Assembly (NCBI GenBank): GCA_964478625.1
Contig: CAYZJH010000012.1
Span: forward strand, 8,087 to 72,086
Source: an uncultured Desulfobacteraceae bacterium
Lineage (GTDB): Bacteria > Desulfobacterota > Desulfobacteria > Desulfobacterales > SKZT01
Direction: 5' to 3'
DNA length: 64,000 nucleotides
The notes below the pieces were generated by a model that was not told the DNA's origin, did not search any database, and was given only the letters and a program-made list of their open reading frames with translations. The translations under genes and the position numbers were made by a program. Shown here piece by piece: positions 9,167-18,506 of the stretch (its first letter is position 1; every line of letters starts with the position of its first letter).

Positions 9167-9529
9167 TTACTCTGAAAAATACTCGGTTTTTTGGGTAACA
9201 GTCGATTTAATTTCATTCAGGGTATCCTGAAGAACGGAAATCACATTTTCCCGAAAATCTCCGGCCACTACCAGATACATAACATCATCGCCGACCCGAA
9301 GATCCTTGCCTTCATGGATATGGACCAGAATATCCAGAATTCCCGGACGTTTTTTATTGGAATCGACAATCCGGTCAAGATTTTGGTGATCCACGGAAAC
9401 CCGCAATCCAGTTACTTTTCGTCCATCCCTGGATGTACTTCTCACAATTCCATTATGGCACAAGATCATTCCTGACTCGTGAAAATCAGGATGCTTTTTA
9501 ATTTGCTCCAGCAATTGCAGCAGTGTCAT
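9167..9529 (-). CDS. MoaE-like (molybdopterin synthase catalytic subunit family) protein, short form
   Basis: The pattern GMILCHNGIVR ... VHIHEGKDLRVGDDVMYLVVAG...E resembles MoaE blocks (G.V.F.G.VR ... HR.G.L.VGE..V.V.V). It sits between mobA and moaC and overlaps mobA by 4 nt. Confidence 0.55.
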   Translation of the reverse strand: MTLLQLLEQIKKHPDFHESGMILCHNGIVRSTSRDGRKVTGLRVSVDHQNLDRIVDSNKKRPGILDILVHIHEGKDLRVGDDVMYLVVAGDFRENVISVLQDTLNEIKSTVTQKTEYFSE

Positions 9530-10140
9530 ACTTTTCCTTTTATAATATTCCCCGCAATTTCCAAATGCTCCGGGGTATTGATGTTAAAGAAGCTCAACAA
9601 ATCGGGATCATATTGCCTCAGCTGTGTTTCCGGTACTTTTTTCATACGAACCTTGTTGAAGAATTTCATGATTTTAAATTCCTTTTTGATCATTTGATGT
9701 TCGATACTTTGCAAACATCGTCTAGAATAAATTGCACAAAGCGGTTCCAGTCCCTTGGATGTTTCGGGAATGATAACATCGGTGTGACCATCTATTTTTT
9801 CTAAAAGTGACCGAACCAGTCCCCGGTTTAAAAAGGGCGTGTCAGAGGCGGAAAAAAAAACGTAGGGTCTGGAGGCATAAAAAAGGCCGGCATGAATCCC
9901 TGTCAGGGAACTTCGAACAGGATACAGGTCGGCTCCAATCATCAGATCCCAGTCCAGATATGTAAGAGGATCGTTGGTTACCAAAATGATTTCTTCGAAC
10001 AGAGAGGTAAAAACTTCATAGATACAATCCAGAATTTTTTTATCTCCCAAAGGCAACAATGCTTTGACCTCGCCCGAAAACCTGGACGCTAAACCTCCGG
10101 CCAAAATCACGCCGCTACACAAAGATTTCATAGGATACAA
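9526..10140 (-). CDS. mobA: Molybdenum cofactor guanylyltransferase MobA
   Basis: GVILAGGLASRFSG..KALLPLG is the N-terminal nucleotide-binding motif. Size is about 200 aa and the context is Moco genes. Confidence 0.85.
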   Translation of the reverse strand: MYPMKSLCSGVILAGGLASRFSGEVKALLPLGDKKILDCIYEVFTSLFEEIILVTNDPLTYLDWDLMIGADLYPVRSSLTGIHAGLFYASRPYVFFSASDTPFLNRGLVRSLLEKIDGHTDVIIPETSKGLEPLCAIYSRRCLQSIEHQMIKKEFKIMKFFNKVRMKKVPETQLRQYDPDLLSFFNINTPEHLEIAGNIIKGKV

Positions 10141-10518
10141 TCCTTTGATTTTTTTCCGCGTCCTTACCTTTTCAGACCGGGAAATAAAACCACCTCATTT
10201 ATTCTTACTCAATGCCGGAACAAAAATTCCCTGCCGACAGTTCAGGCTCTGTTTCGACCTTTCCTGTCCGGAACACCAAGTGAACCGAAATTGGCTTCAG
10301 TCGCCCATTACAATCCAAATTCAAAGATTTTAACCATAGGAGAATTCAGTATAAAAATCAAGAAAATGCCGAATCAGGCAAAATTTCATATGAAGCTTGA
10401 TTTTGCCATCACAGATGGGGTAGATATACACTTTACTCAAAAATGAGCAGCCGAAAGAATATTTTTTTAAATGATCTGAAGTTGCCGACATTATCGACAA
10501 ATTTGCGAAGGAAATTCC

Positions 10519-11058
10519 ATGAGGACATTGTATACTATTTTGGATGCTTCGGATATCGATCGCATTCTGATACGCATAAGTCATGAAATTTTAGAGATCC
10601 ATAAGGGTGCTGAAGGGTTGGCCTTGATCGGAATTCAAACCCGGGGAGTTTTCCTGGCCAGGCGCCTTCAGAATAAAATTAAGGAAATCGAAGGAGTGGA
10701 TGTTCCGACCGGCCAGGTCGATATCACCCTCTATCGCGACGACTGGACACGAATCAGTATCAATCCGGTCATTCAGGCGACGGAAATTCCTTTTTCCGTG
10801 GACGGAAAAAAGATTATCCTTGTTGATGATGTTCTTTTTACCGGCAGGACCATCCGGTGTGCCATGGACGCCTTGATTGATTTCGGACGTCCAGATCGAA
10901 TAGAACTGGCCGTGCTTGTGGACAGGGGGCACAGGGAATTACCCATACAGGGCAATTATGTGGGAAAATTTGTGGAAACCCGCCGCTCTGAAACGGTCAA
11001 TGTCATGGTAACCGAATATGATGGGGAAGACAGGGTCGTAATTGAAAAGGAATCGTAA
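10519..11058 (+). CDS. pyrR: Bifunctional pyrimidine operon regulator / uracil phosphoribosyltransferase PyrR
   Basis: IGIQTRGVFLARRL, VDITLYRDD and the PRPP-binding loop ILVDDVLFTGRTIR are present. Confidence 0.9.
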   Translation: MRTLYTILDASDIDRILIRISHEILEIHKGAEGLALIGIQTRGVFLARRLQNKIKEIEGVDVPTGQVDITLYRDDWTRISINPVIQATEIPFSVDGKKIILVDDVLFTGRTIRCAMDALIDFGRPDRIELAVLVDRGHRELPIQGNYVGKFVETRRSETVNVMVTEYDGEDRVVIEKES

Positions 11059-11061
11059 AGC

Positions 11062-11565
11062 ATGGGTACTCATGAACACAAAAAACAGGCTCCTAAAAAG
11101 GCAAGTATTGCTATTTTATCCGTTTCCAGTACCCGGAATCTTGAAAACGATGAAAGTGGTCAATGGATTAAAAACAGCGCTATAGCGGCCGGGCACGAAG
11201 TGCTCTTTCATCATGTGGTTCAGGATGATTTCAATGAAATCAGAGAGGCAGTGACCCGATGGGTAAAGGATTCGACAGTTCAAATCATTATTTTAACCGG
11301 CGGAACAGGAATTGCCCGAAAAGATGTCACCATCGAGGCGGTTCATCCCCTGTTTGAAAAAGAGCTTACCGGCTTTGCCGTATTATTTACCCAGTTGAGC
11401 TTCAAGGAAATCGGGGGGGCAGCCATGCTGTCCCGTACTACCGGAGGCATTGTCGGAAACACCGTTGTGTTTTGTATTCCCGGAAGCCTCAATGCCTGTA
11501 AACTTGCGTGCAATGAGCTGATTTTGCCTGAGTTGGGGCATTTGATCAAACACGCGGTTGAATAA
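11062..11565 (+). CDS. moaB: Molybdenum cofactor biosynthesis protein B (MoaB/MogA family)
   Basis: IAILSVSSTR, ILTGGTGIARKDVT and PGSLNAC are present. Confidence 0.85.
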   Translation: MGTHEHKKQAPKKASIAILSVSSTRNLENDESGQWIKNSAIAAGHEVLFHHVVQDDFNEIREAVTRWVKDSTVQIIILTGGTGIARKDVTIEAVHPLFEKELTGFAVLFTQLSFKEIGGAAMLSRTTGGIVGNTVVFCIPGSLNACKLACNELILPELGHLIKHAVE

Positions 11566-11597
11566 CCGGATGGCCTAAGCATGGGATTAATCTTATC

Positions 11598-14500
11598 ATG
11601 TGTGGAATAGTCGGATATTTCGGTCGGGCCCCCAACAGTTTGACACGGGTTTTGACCGCCATGTCAGCCATTATCTACCGTGCCCCTGACAGCACCGGTA
11701 TTGGAATTTTCGGGGATGAAAACGAACCGGTGCGCGCCAGAAAATCAACCGGCTCGGTGATACAACTGGTGAATACCCTCTTAAAAAATCCCCTTTATCC
11801 CAATTTGCCTCAGGAATTGATGGGTTTTTTTGACTCCATGGCAGACAAATCCTACCTGGAAGAACGTCAACTCCGGCTGCTGATTTATGAGAATCTTCCC
11901 ACAGACTATTTCCTGGATCTAAAAAAAGGAAATGTAACCTATCCTTTGTTCAGAGAACTGATCGATATCGAAAAACCTGACCCCCGAAGCATTGTTCCAG
12001 GATGGCCAGGACGATCCAATCCCCTGCCTGCCCTGGTTATTGAATCGCGGGAGGACCTTCAGCAAGCGGTTTTTAAACTGATTCAGGAATATGATCTTTC
12101 TTCAGTCGTTATCAAGTCTCTTATCCGCAACACCTTATCCCGTTCAATTGAAAGCCGCCGCAAAGAAGGATATCTCGAGGTGGAACCTTCCGATATCCTG
12201 ACGGCTTTTGACCAGGTTTATGAACAGATCCTTTTGGAAGAAAAGAGGCTGCAGGCGACGGATGTCGAACTGGAATCCTTATGGGAAAAACAAAAAAGTT
12301 TCGACTATCTGTGGCGTTTCCTCAGAGCCGGCAGGGTAACCATTCCAACAGATTATGATCCGGATGGTGTGCGGGGTATTTTCCGTTTATTGGATGGAGT
12401 ACTTCTGAGCCGATTGCCCATGCGACCCCGTTTGGGAGAAGCTTTACACCATCAACTGATTACACTTTGGCCAAAGGCTGGGAATATGGCTCCTCTGGAT
12501 TGGAAAACCCTTTATTTTGCTGAAAAAGGAGCCAACCTTTACGGATGGGCTGCGGCGGCGGCATTAACTTTTCTGGAAAAAGAAATGGAAGGCTTTTCCA
12601 ATGAGGTCCATACCGGTTCAGAAGAATCAAAAATGGGTTATTCTAAAGCACCGGGAAAAACCAACCCGGTGCTACTCGCAAGCTTTCTGACTCCGGTGGT
12701 ATCCCAGGGAAGATGGGCCCTTCAATCGGCTGTAACCACTAAAAATGCTCATCCTTTTTTCGACAATCTATTTCAGAGAATTATCGTTTTAAACGGCCAG
12801 TTTAATACGAATGTTGAAAGTGATGTCCGTTCATTTCTGGAAAAAGTGGCCCATTATTCCTTCAGAAGCGAAAATTCTTCAGAATATTTTGCACTGCTCT
12901 GGGGGTATTACTTTAAACGGCTCAGCGAAGAAAAAAAGAGGTTCAAGAGTATCAGGACCCAGATTGAAACCGGTCTTGAAACCTATGATATCGGAAGTCA
13001 GTCAGTGGATTATCAGATATTTCACCGATTAAGAGGAAAATCTCAGGAACAGATCGATGAACTGGCATTTATTGAAACCGCCAGAAAATTGACTCAAGGC
13101 GGCGGGCAGATCGCCGTTGCCGGACTCAGCCTGCATTCAACCCGGACATTACTGGTAGCCGGTCATAACCGACCTGTTTTTATCGTACGCAGAATTGAAA
13201 CCGATGACATCATGGTCGTATCTGATATCAACGCCGCCATGGGTCTGTTTTCCCAGAAATTGATCAGCAATATCACCCTGAAATTGGAAGCTCTCAGGTT
13301 AAACCATCTTGAAGTATTGAATGAGCTGAACAAACAGAATGCACCTAATCGTGTAAAGGACGCTGAACTTCACAGGTACAGGGATGAAGAAAATTCACTG
13401 TTAAAAAATTTTAATGTCGAAGTTTATCCTCTGGACGGAAAGGAATTGTTCGCCAGAATTTCAGGTTCAATTGAAAATAATCAATTCAAAAGAACCATTT
13501 CCATCACTGATTTTGACGGCAATCCAATCCCGGATATCGAGCCGTTTGAAACCATCCTGAGTCCGCCGCAGATTCAGAAGGACTTTTACACGTCATTTTA
13601 TGAGACCCATTTAAAGGAAATTCCGGATCGTCTGTCGGAAATGTTCGGGTTCTATACCCCGGATTCTCAAAGCCTGCCCCGTTTAAATATCAAAACCGGC
13701 ATGCTTCAACGAAGGTTCGGTCATGATTTCAAAGGACTCAAACGCATGGTGTTGGTGGGAATGGGAAGTGCCCACAACATGAATCTAGCAGCACGTTTTT
13801 TTATCCGAACCCTATTGCCGGAATTGGACGTTATTGCCATAAGGCCAGTGGAAATTGAAAATCTTTTTAAAGTTATTTCTCCGGAAAAAGATCTGGTCAT
13901 TCTCAGCAGCTGGTCCGGCACCACCGCTGATATCGTGCAATTTGCCAATCATTTGAAGTCTCATAATATCCCTTTTCTAGCGGTTACTGAAAAATTATTT
14001 TCCGATCTGGGGCTTATTGCCGAAAGAAGCGTTGGAGTTTTATCTACCCTCAGCGGTGAAGAGATTACCGTATCAGGAATTAAAAGTACTATAACCCTGC
14101 TCTCTTGCCTCTGCCTTTTTACGGTATGGCTTTGTTCGCGCATGGGCGAAGAAAAAAAAGCATTGAACTACATGGAGAGACTTTGCGAAATTCCAGCAAT
14201 TCTGGCCCAATTGATTCATGACGAACAGGTTAAAAAATTTTGCGAACGAATAGCCTCTGAAAGTGCGCAAAGCTGCGCCGGTATTGTCATTGATGCTCTC
14301 AACAACACCGGTGTCGGGTATGAGGCGGCTTCAAAGCTTGAAGAATGCAGCTGGTCTTCCATTGCCAAACCCCTTGATTATAATGACCTGTATATCCAGT
14401 GCCTGAGGAAAGATTTGAGGCATAACCTCATTTTGGTAAACACAACCTACAAACCAAGACTTTCCGAAGCCATAAACCTGATGACCAAGCTGTACCTTGA

Positions 14501-16166
14501 AAAAATCCCATTTGTCGCGGTGTCCACCTCCATAAGGGAATTGGCAAAAGTGGAAATGTTTTCCCGAAACCGCTGTATCTGCCTGCCCTCGGCAGATCCG
14601 GCGCTGCAGCCTTTTATTGATTTTGTTTTTTTCTATATGCTTTCTTTCCACTACGGACGTGCCCACGGCCGATCCTCGGATTTTCCCAGAAATCGAGCCA
14701 AATCGGTCACCGCCGGCAGAAACATTCTCCATGAACCCGCATCAACAGCAAAGGAATTTCATCAGCTCGATTTCAAAACACGAGGAATAAGACTCGAAGC
14801 AAAAGAATCCGATTCATGGCTATTCCAGGAGACAATCTGGGAAACAACCTCTGAAACTTTTTGGGAAAAAAGTTATTTCAGACAAATGCGACACCTGATC
14901 CGGACCATTCAGGGACGAAATGCACTCAACTCTTTGGTGTATTCTCCCACGGATAAAGATCTCGAGCGAATCGTATCGCATCTTTCATATGCAATCGCCG
15001 AAGAAAGGGAAATTGTTTTCCTGCCATTTGACAGGCCGGCCAATTCAGCCGCAAAAAATTTGGCTGTACAATTCAACCGTCTCTTTTCAGGCTCTTTCAG
15101 AACCTCAAACCCTCTGGATTCCATGGAAAGTTTTTCAGATCATTCCCTGATTTTTCTGCTCGATTCAAGGTCTCATGATATTGCCTCCATTGAAACATTC
15201 GAGGGAAATTTTCCTCCCGGGTGCATTTACATTGGACCTGAATCAGACATTTCCAGACTAAACAATCCCCAGGGGTGCTGTTTTTTCAAAGAACCATTTG
15301 CTTTCTGTGAAAGTGATCTGCTTTATCTGATCCTAATTTTATTATTTGTTGAAGCAACCCGCAAATTGGCACCGACCAGGGCAGAGATTCTGGAAAAAAA
15401 CATCAAAAAAGGGTGCCTGGGCTTGAACCGTATTTTGGAGAATACGGCCCTAAAAAATTCAATAACCGATTCCATAGCCTCAAACTCAGGATATCTGTCC
15501 TCGCTTTTCATCGGACCCACCGGAGGGATCGGGGATATATGGACTGATCGTTTCGATCAGTTTTCAAGAATGATTCTTCAAAACTATTATTATGGCGAAA
15601 GTGCCCATGGTCCTCTGGTGACCATCGACCCAAGGGTAGGGGATAAATATGTGCGACTTGCCGCCAGAAACACTATGGTTCCCCTCTACGGTGAAGAGAG
15701 GGTCGGTGAATGGGAAAAACGGTACCTGAATGGACGGAGTACGGATGTTTTTTTGAGCCAGTCTCCCAACTATCTTTTTTATCATTCTGAAACCCCGTTT
15801 TTTGCTGAGGGAAACTGGTATTTTCCGGTACTGAGGCATGATTATGACACCACCGAAGACAACCTGGTAATCCTGGATGCCACCAGCGAACGGTATATCG
15901 AGCAGGCTCAGGATGAAATGTCCACATTCGGCGCTCGCTATGCCAGGATGATTGTTATTTCGCAGGAGGCTTTTTTCGGGGCGGAACCCAAAATGTCCCT
16001 TTTTAAATATCCTATCAGTCATATGCTTTTGTTGCCTCCGCTTTTTGAACATAACGAAATCATGGTTCCTATCCCGGATTTAATATTGCCCATAGCCATG
16101 AGCATGGTTTCCATGGCCATCACCGGAGCCACTCAAAAACTGATCAATGGGCGGGTTTTGCAATAA
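11598..16166 (+). CDS. Giant (1522 aa) GlmS-like class-II glutamine amidotransferase / SIS-domain protein with large insertions and a C-terminal extra module
   Basis: It has MCGIVGY (Ntn Cys), YRAPDSTGI, GRWA, NAHPF and LNGQ. SIS motifs are GMGSAHN and SSWSGTTAD. PRNRAKSVT (the GlmS C-terminal tail motif) lies internally near aa 1030. A second module carries GESAHGPLVTID. Confidence 0.85.
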   Translation: MCGIVGYFGRAPNSLTRVLTAMSAIIYRAPDSTGIGIFGDENEPVRARKSTGSVIQLVNTLLKNPLYPNLPQELMGFFDSMADKSYLEERQLRLLIYENLPTDYFLDLKKGNVTYPLFRELIDIEKPDPRSIVPGWPGRSNPLPALVIESREDLQQAVFKLIQEYDLSSVVIKSLIRNTLSRSIESRRKEGYLEVEPSDILTAFDQVYEQILLEEKRLQATDVELESLWEKQKSFDYLWRFLRAGRVTIPTDYDPDGVRGIFRLLDGVLLSRLPMRPRLGEALHHQLITLWPKAGNMAPLDWKTLYFAEKGANLYGWAAAAALTFLEKEMEGFSNEVHTGSEESKMGYSKAPGKTNPVLLASFLTPVVSQGRWALQSAVTTKNAHPFFDNLFQRIIVLNGQFNTNVESDVRSFLEKVAHYSFRSENSSEYFALLWGYYFKRLSEEKKRFKSIRTQIETGLETYDIGSQSVDYQIFHRLRGKSQEQIDELAFIETARKLTQGGGQIAVAGLSLHSTRTLLVAGHNRPVFIVRRIETDDIMVVSDINAAMGLFSQKLISNITLKLEALRLNHLEVLNELNKQNAPNRVKDAELHRYRDEENSLLKNFNVEVYPLDGKELFARISGSIENNQFKRTISITDFDGNPIPDIEPFETILSPPQIQKDFYTSFYETHLKEIPDRLSEMFGFYTPDSQSLPRLNIKTGMLQRRFGHDFKGLKRMVLVGMGSAHNMNLAARFFIRTLLPELDVIAIRPVEIENLFKVISPEKDLVILSSWSGTTADIVQFANHLKSHNIPFLAVTEKLFSDLGLIAERSVGVLSTLSGEEITVSGIKSTITLLSCLCLFTVWLCSRMGEEKKALNYMERLCEIPAILAQLIHDEQVKKFCERIASESAQSCAGIVIDALNNTGVGYEAASKLEECSWSSIAKPLDYNDLYIQCLRKDLRHNLILVNTTYKPRLSEAINLMTKLYLEKIPFVAVSTSIRELAKVEMFSRNRCICLPSADPALQPFIDFVFFYMLSFHYGRAHGRSSDFPRNRAKSVTAGRNILHEPASTAKEFHQLDFKTRGIRLEAKESDSWLFQETIWETTSETFWEKSYFRQMRHLIRTIQGRNALNSLVYSPTDKDLERIVSHLSYAIAEEREIVFLPFDRPANSAAKNLAVQFNRLFSGSFRTSNPLDSMESFSDHSLIFLLDSRSHDIASIETFEGNFPPGCIYIGPESDISRLNNPQGCCFFKEPFAFCESDLLYLILILLFVEATRKLAPTRAEILEKNIKKGCLGLNRILENTALKNSITDSIASNSGYLSSLFIGPTGGIGDIWTDRFDQFSRMILQNYYYGESAHGPLVTIDPRVGDKYVRLAARNTMVPLYGEERVGEWEKRYLNGRSTDVFLSQSPNYLFYHSETPFFAEGNWYFPVLRHDYDTTEDNLVILDATSERYIEQAQDEMSTFGARYARMIVISQEAFFGAEPKMSLFKYPISHMLLLPPLFEHNEIMVPIPDLILPIAMSMVSMAITGATQKLINGRVLQ

Positions 16167-16170
16167 AGTA

Positions 16171-16842
16171 ATGACCGCGAGCACCAAACGTTTCATAATC
16201 CGTCCGAAACCTCAGGACCTTAGCATAACGGTCAACCTGTTAGCCAGATACGCAGGGGGAAGCCGATACCGGATGGACAAGGATATGGAAAAAAAAGCTG
16301 TTTTGGTTCTGGAAGAAGCCAATAATCTCATTGATCCTGCCCTGGTCTATTCAGTTCATGACATCTCCCGACTGGACAAGGATTTCCCAATGGAACTCTT
16401 ATTACCTGAAAACGGGGAAAAAGCTCAGAAGCTATCCGTGTGTGTCTGCACTCTCGGACCAAAACTGGAGACGGAAGTCGTCCAAGCCATGAAATCAGGA
16501 GATGTTCTACGAGGTATGCTTTTAGATGCTGCAGGTGTGGGAATGCTGGAATCTTTGGGAAATTTATCATTTTCCCATGTTCACCGGGAGGCCCGAAAAT
16601 ATGATCTGTTTGCAGGATGCCGTTTTGGACCCGGGTATAACCGGGTGCCCATGGAAACTCAGGTTCATTTGTTTGCGCTGGTCGATGCCGCCGCTATCGG
16701 AGTTTCCCTCACCCGTTCCCTTGTCATGATTCCGGCAAAATCATTGTCTTTTTTTGTGGTTTTTTATAAAGAACCTCATTCAAAATCAAATACTTATAAA
16801 TGCGGGACTTGTGACCTAAAGGAATGTTCCTATCGTATCTGA
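16171..16842 (+). CDS. MetH reactivation (SAM-binding activation) domain-like protein with C-terminal Cys motif
   Basis: GCRFGPGYNRVPMETQVHLFALVDAAAIGVSLTRSLVMIPAKSLSF matches the R.SPGY..P....LF.LL....IGV.LTES..M.P..SVS pattern of the MetH activation domain. ATG 16171 lies inside ORF 16147..16842. Confidence 0.65.
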   Translation: MTASTKRFIIRPKPQDLSITVNLLARYAGGSRYRMDKDMEKKAVLVLEEANNLIDPALVYSVHDISRLDKDFPMELLLPENGEKAQKLSVCVCTLGPKLETEVVQAMKSGDVLRGMLLDAAGVGMLESLGNLSFSHVHREARKYDLFAGCRFGPGYNRVPMETQVHLFALVDAAAIGVSLTRSLVMIPAKSLSFFVVFYKEPHSKSNTYKCGTCDLKECSYRI

Positions 16843-17123
16843 AAGGGAATAAAACAATCTTATATTTATGCAATTTGTGAAGGAATAATGGATGCCGTTT
16901 TTGCCTGGCAAGCGCATATCGGGGAAGCCGAGGTTTGCCTTGGTAATATCGGCAAAATTCTGAACCTGAATCTGTTCTACCATAATTCTTGGCTTGCTGT
17001 GGGTATGAAGGACTTTTCCATTAAAAATCCTCATATCCTCTTAAAATTTCTCCGTGCATTAATTAAGGCTCTTGACCTTAAACCGATGAACAGGGTCAAA
17101 ACGGGCGGGGTTACCATCATCCA

Positions 17124-18506
17124 GTGACAATCCGAAATAAGCTTTTTTTTAACCGCCGGGCTATTGATGTTGATCAGTGCTATATTAATTACAGTTTCGC
17201 TGGTTTTTTCCTGGACGGTCCGTTTCGAACTGAGGAAGGCCAATACCAGCCTGAAAGTTGCCAAAGCCGTGGCAGAACTTTCGACTCTTACCAACGCCTA
17301 TATCAGCCGCCATGAACTGAGGATGGAAACTCAATGAAAATCCTGTTTCGAAAAGATTTAAAACCTTTTATCAGCCCCTTCTGCCCCTGAGGAAATTCGG
17401 ACCCTCGAGTTGATTATTGATTCCTTATCGGAATCCTTTAACACTCTCAGTCATATTTATCAGGAGCAGAGCCGTTTGTTGGACACCGGCTTGTCTGAAA
17501 AAGAATTCCAGCGACTCCGGGTAATTGAAGAACGAATCATCGCAAGGATGCGCACGGATTGCCAGAACCTTCTCTCCAGAGTATTTATGGTATCAGGCCG
17601 GACACATGACCGATCCTTGCTGATGCAGCATCCCAATACGATAATTATAACCGCCATAGGAGCCTTTCTGATGCTTCTGTGCCTTACCGAAACTCCCGTG
17701 GTAGTGTTGAAAATTACCCGAGATATGCAGCCGCTTCTCCAGGGCACCCAAAAAATGGGACAGGGAAAACTGGACCATCGTATTCCCGCACTGGTCAATG
17801 ATGAAATCGGAAGTCTTTCCACGGCTTTCAACAAAATGGCAGACAACATTCAAAGACTTGTTCAAAAGGACAAGGATTCTCGGATACAATTGAGTCAGGA
17901 AATGGCTCAAAAGGAACGTTACCAGGAGGCTTTTCGGGAAAGTGAAAAAAATTATGTCTCCTTGTTGAAAGTTCACCTGATGCAATTTTTGTCCAAACAG
18001 AAGGGTGTTTCACATAAGTTCTTAATCTCAACGATAGTGTGGAAGGAATGCTCAAAATACTGCCAAGGCTTATCGGTGAGGATTTCTGTCTTGAATGGAA
18101 ACCCGGCAAAAACCTGGGATTCGTTAAAATGGATCCTTCCCAATTGCACCAGATCCTTGCAAACCTTTGTATCCATTCAAGGGATGCCATTAAAAACGTA
18201 GGAAAAATCACTCTTGACAAACCCTATTGTGAAAATCATCTTGAATGCACTCCCGGAGAATACCTATGGTTGGCAGTCAGCGACAACGGTTGCGGGATGA
18301 ACAGGGAAACCCTCGATATCCTTTTTGAGCCGTTTTTTACCACAAAGGAGTTGGGAAAGGTTACCGGTCTTGGTTTGGCCACAGTGTACGGAATCGTCAA
18401 ACAAAACAACGGGTTCATTGATGTTGCTACTGAACCGGGACAGGGGACAACATTTAAAATCTACTTGCCTGAAACTAAATCAATGGAAAATGTTGCAAAA
18501 GAATAA
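17124..18506 (+). pseudogene. Decayed sensor histidine kinase (TM - sensor - TM - HAMP - PAS stub - HATPase), inactivated by multiple lesions
   Basis: GTG 17124 gives MTIRNKLFF. The frame then breaks in a T8 run (17143-17150) into the frame encoding TM helix LTAGLLMLISAILITVSLVFSW. In-frame TGA at 17335 and TAA at 17359 follow. The HAMP region is DEIGSLSTAFNKMADNI. The PAS start SPDAIFVQTEGCFT abuts VLNLNDSVEGML directly, so the rest of PAS and the HisKA phospho-His domain are missing. The HATPase_c domain is intact (18039..18506). Confidence 0.8.

Noticed and set aside
8647-9198. 183-aa plus-strand ORF overlapping moaC.
   Set aside because: It is antisense to a canonical MoaC frame, with His/Gly/Phe-rich unnatural composition.
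10141-10330. Possible Moco riboswitch in the 190-nt leader upstream of mobA-moaE-like-moaC (the minus strand contains GGAAAGG and GCCTG elements and a CCGGA/TCCGG helix).
   Set aside because: I cannot reproduce the Moco-motif consensus from memory well enough to align it. The matches are short and non-contiguous. A decisive test is cmsearch with Rfam RF01055 on the reverse complement of 10141-10400.
15564-16052. 162-aa minus-strand ORF inside the giant GlmS-like gene.
   Set aside because: It is antisense to a continuous 4.5-kb frame with conserved motifs, and I recognised no motif of its own.
17125-17361. In-frame TGA codons in the kinase region as possible selenocysteine or stop-codon recoding.
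   Set aside because: The TGA at 17125 is merely out of frame and overlaps the GTG start. A TAA (17359) also interrupts the frame. The gene additionally has a frameshift and a domain deletion. Other genes in the window end normally, including with TGA. Pseudogenisation explains everything.
18325-18489. N-terminal 55 codons of ORF 18325..20145 as part of the RACo-like protein.
   Set aside because: This stretch overlaps the HATPase domain of the kinase remnant in another frame and has odd composition. The homologous protein starts at ATG 18490 just before the 2Fe-2S domain.
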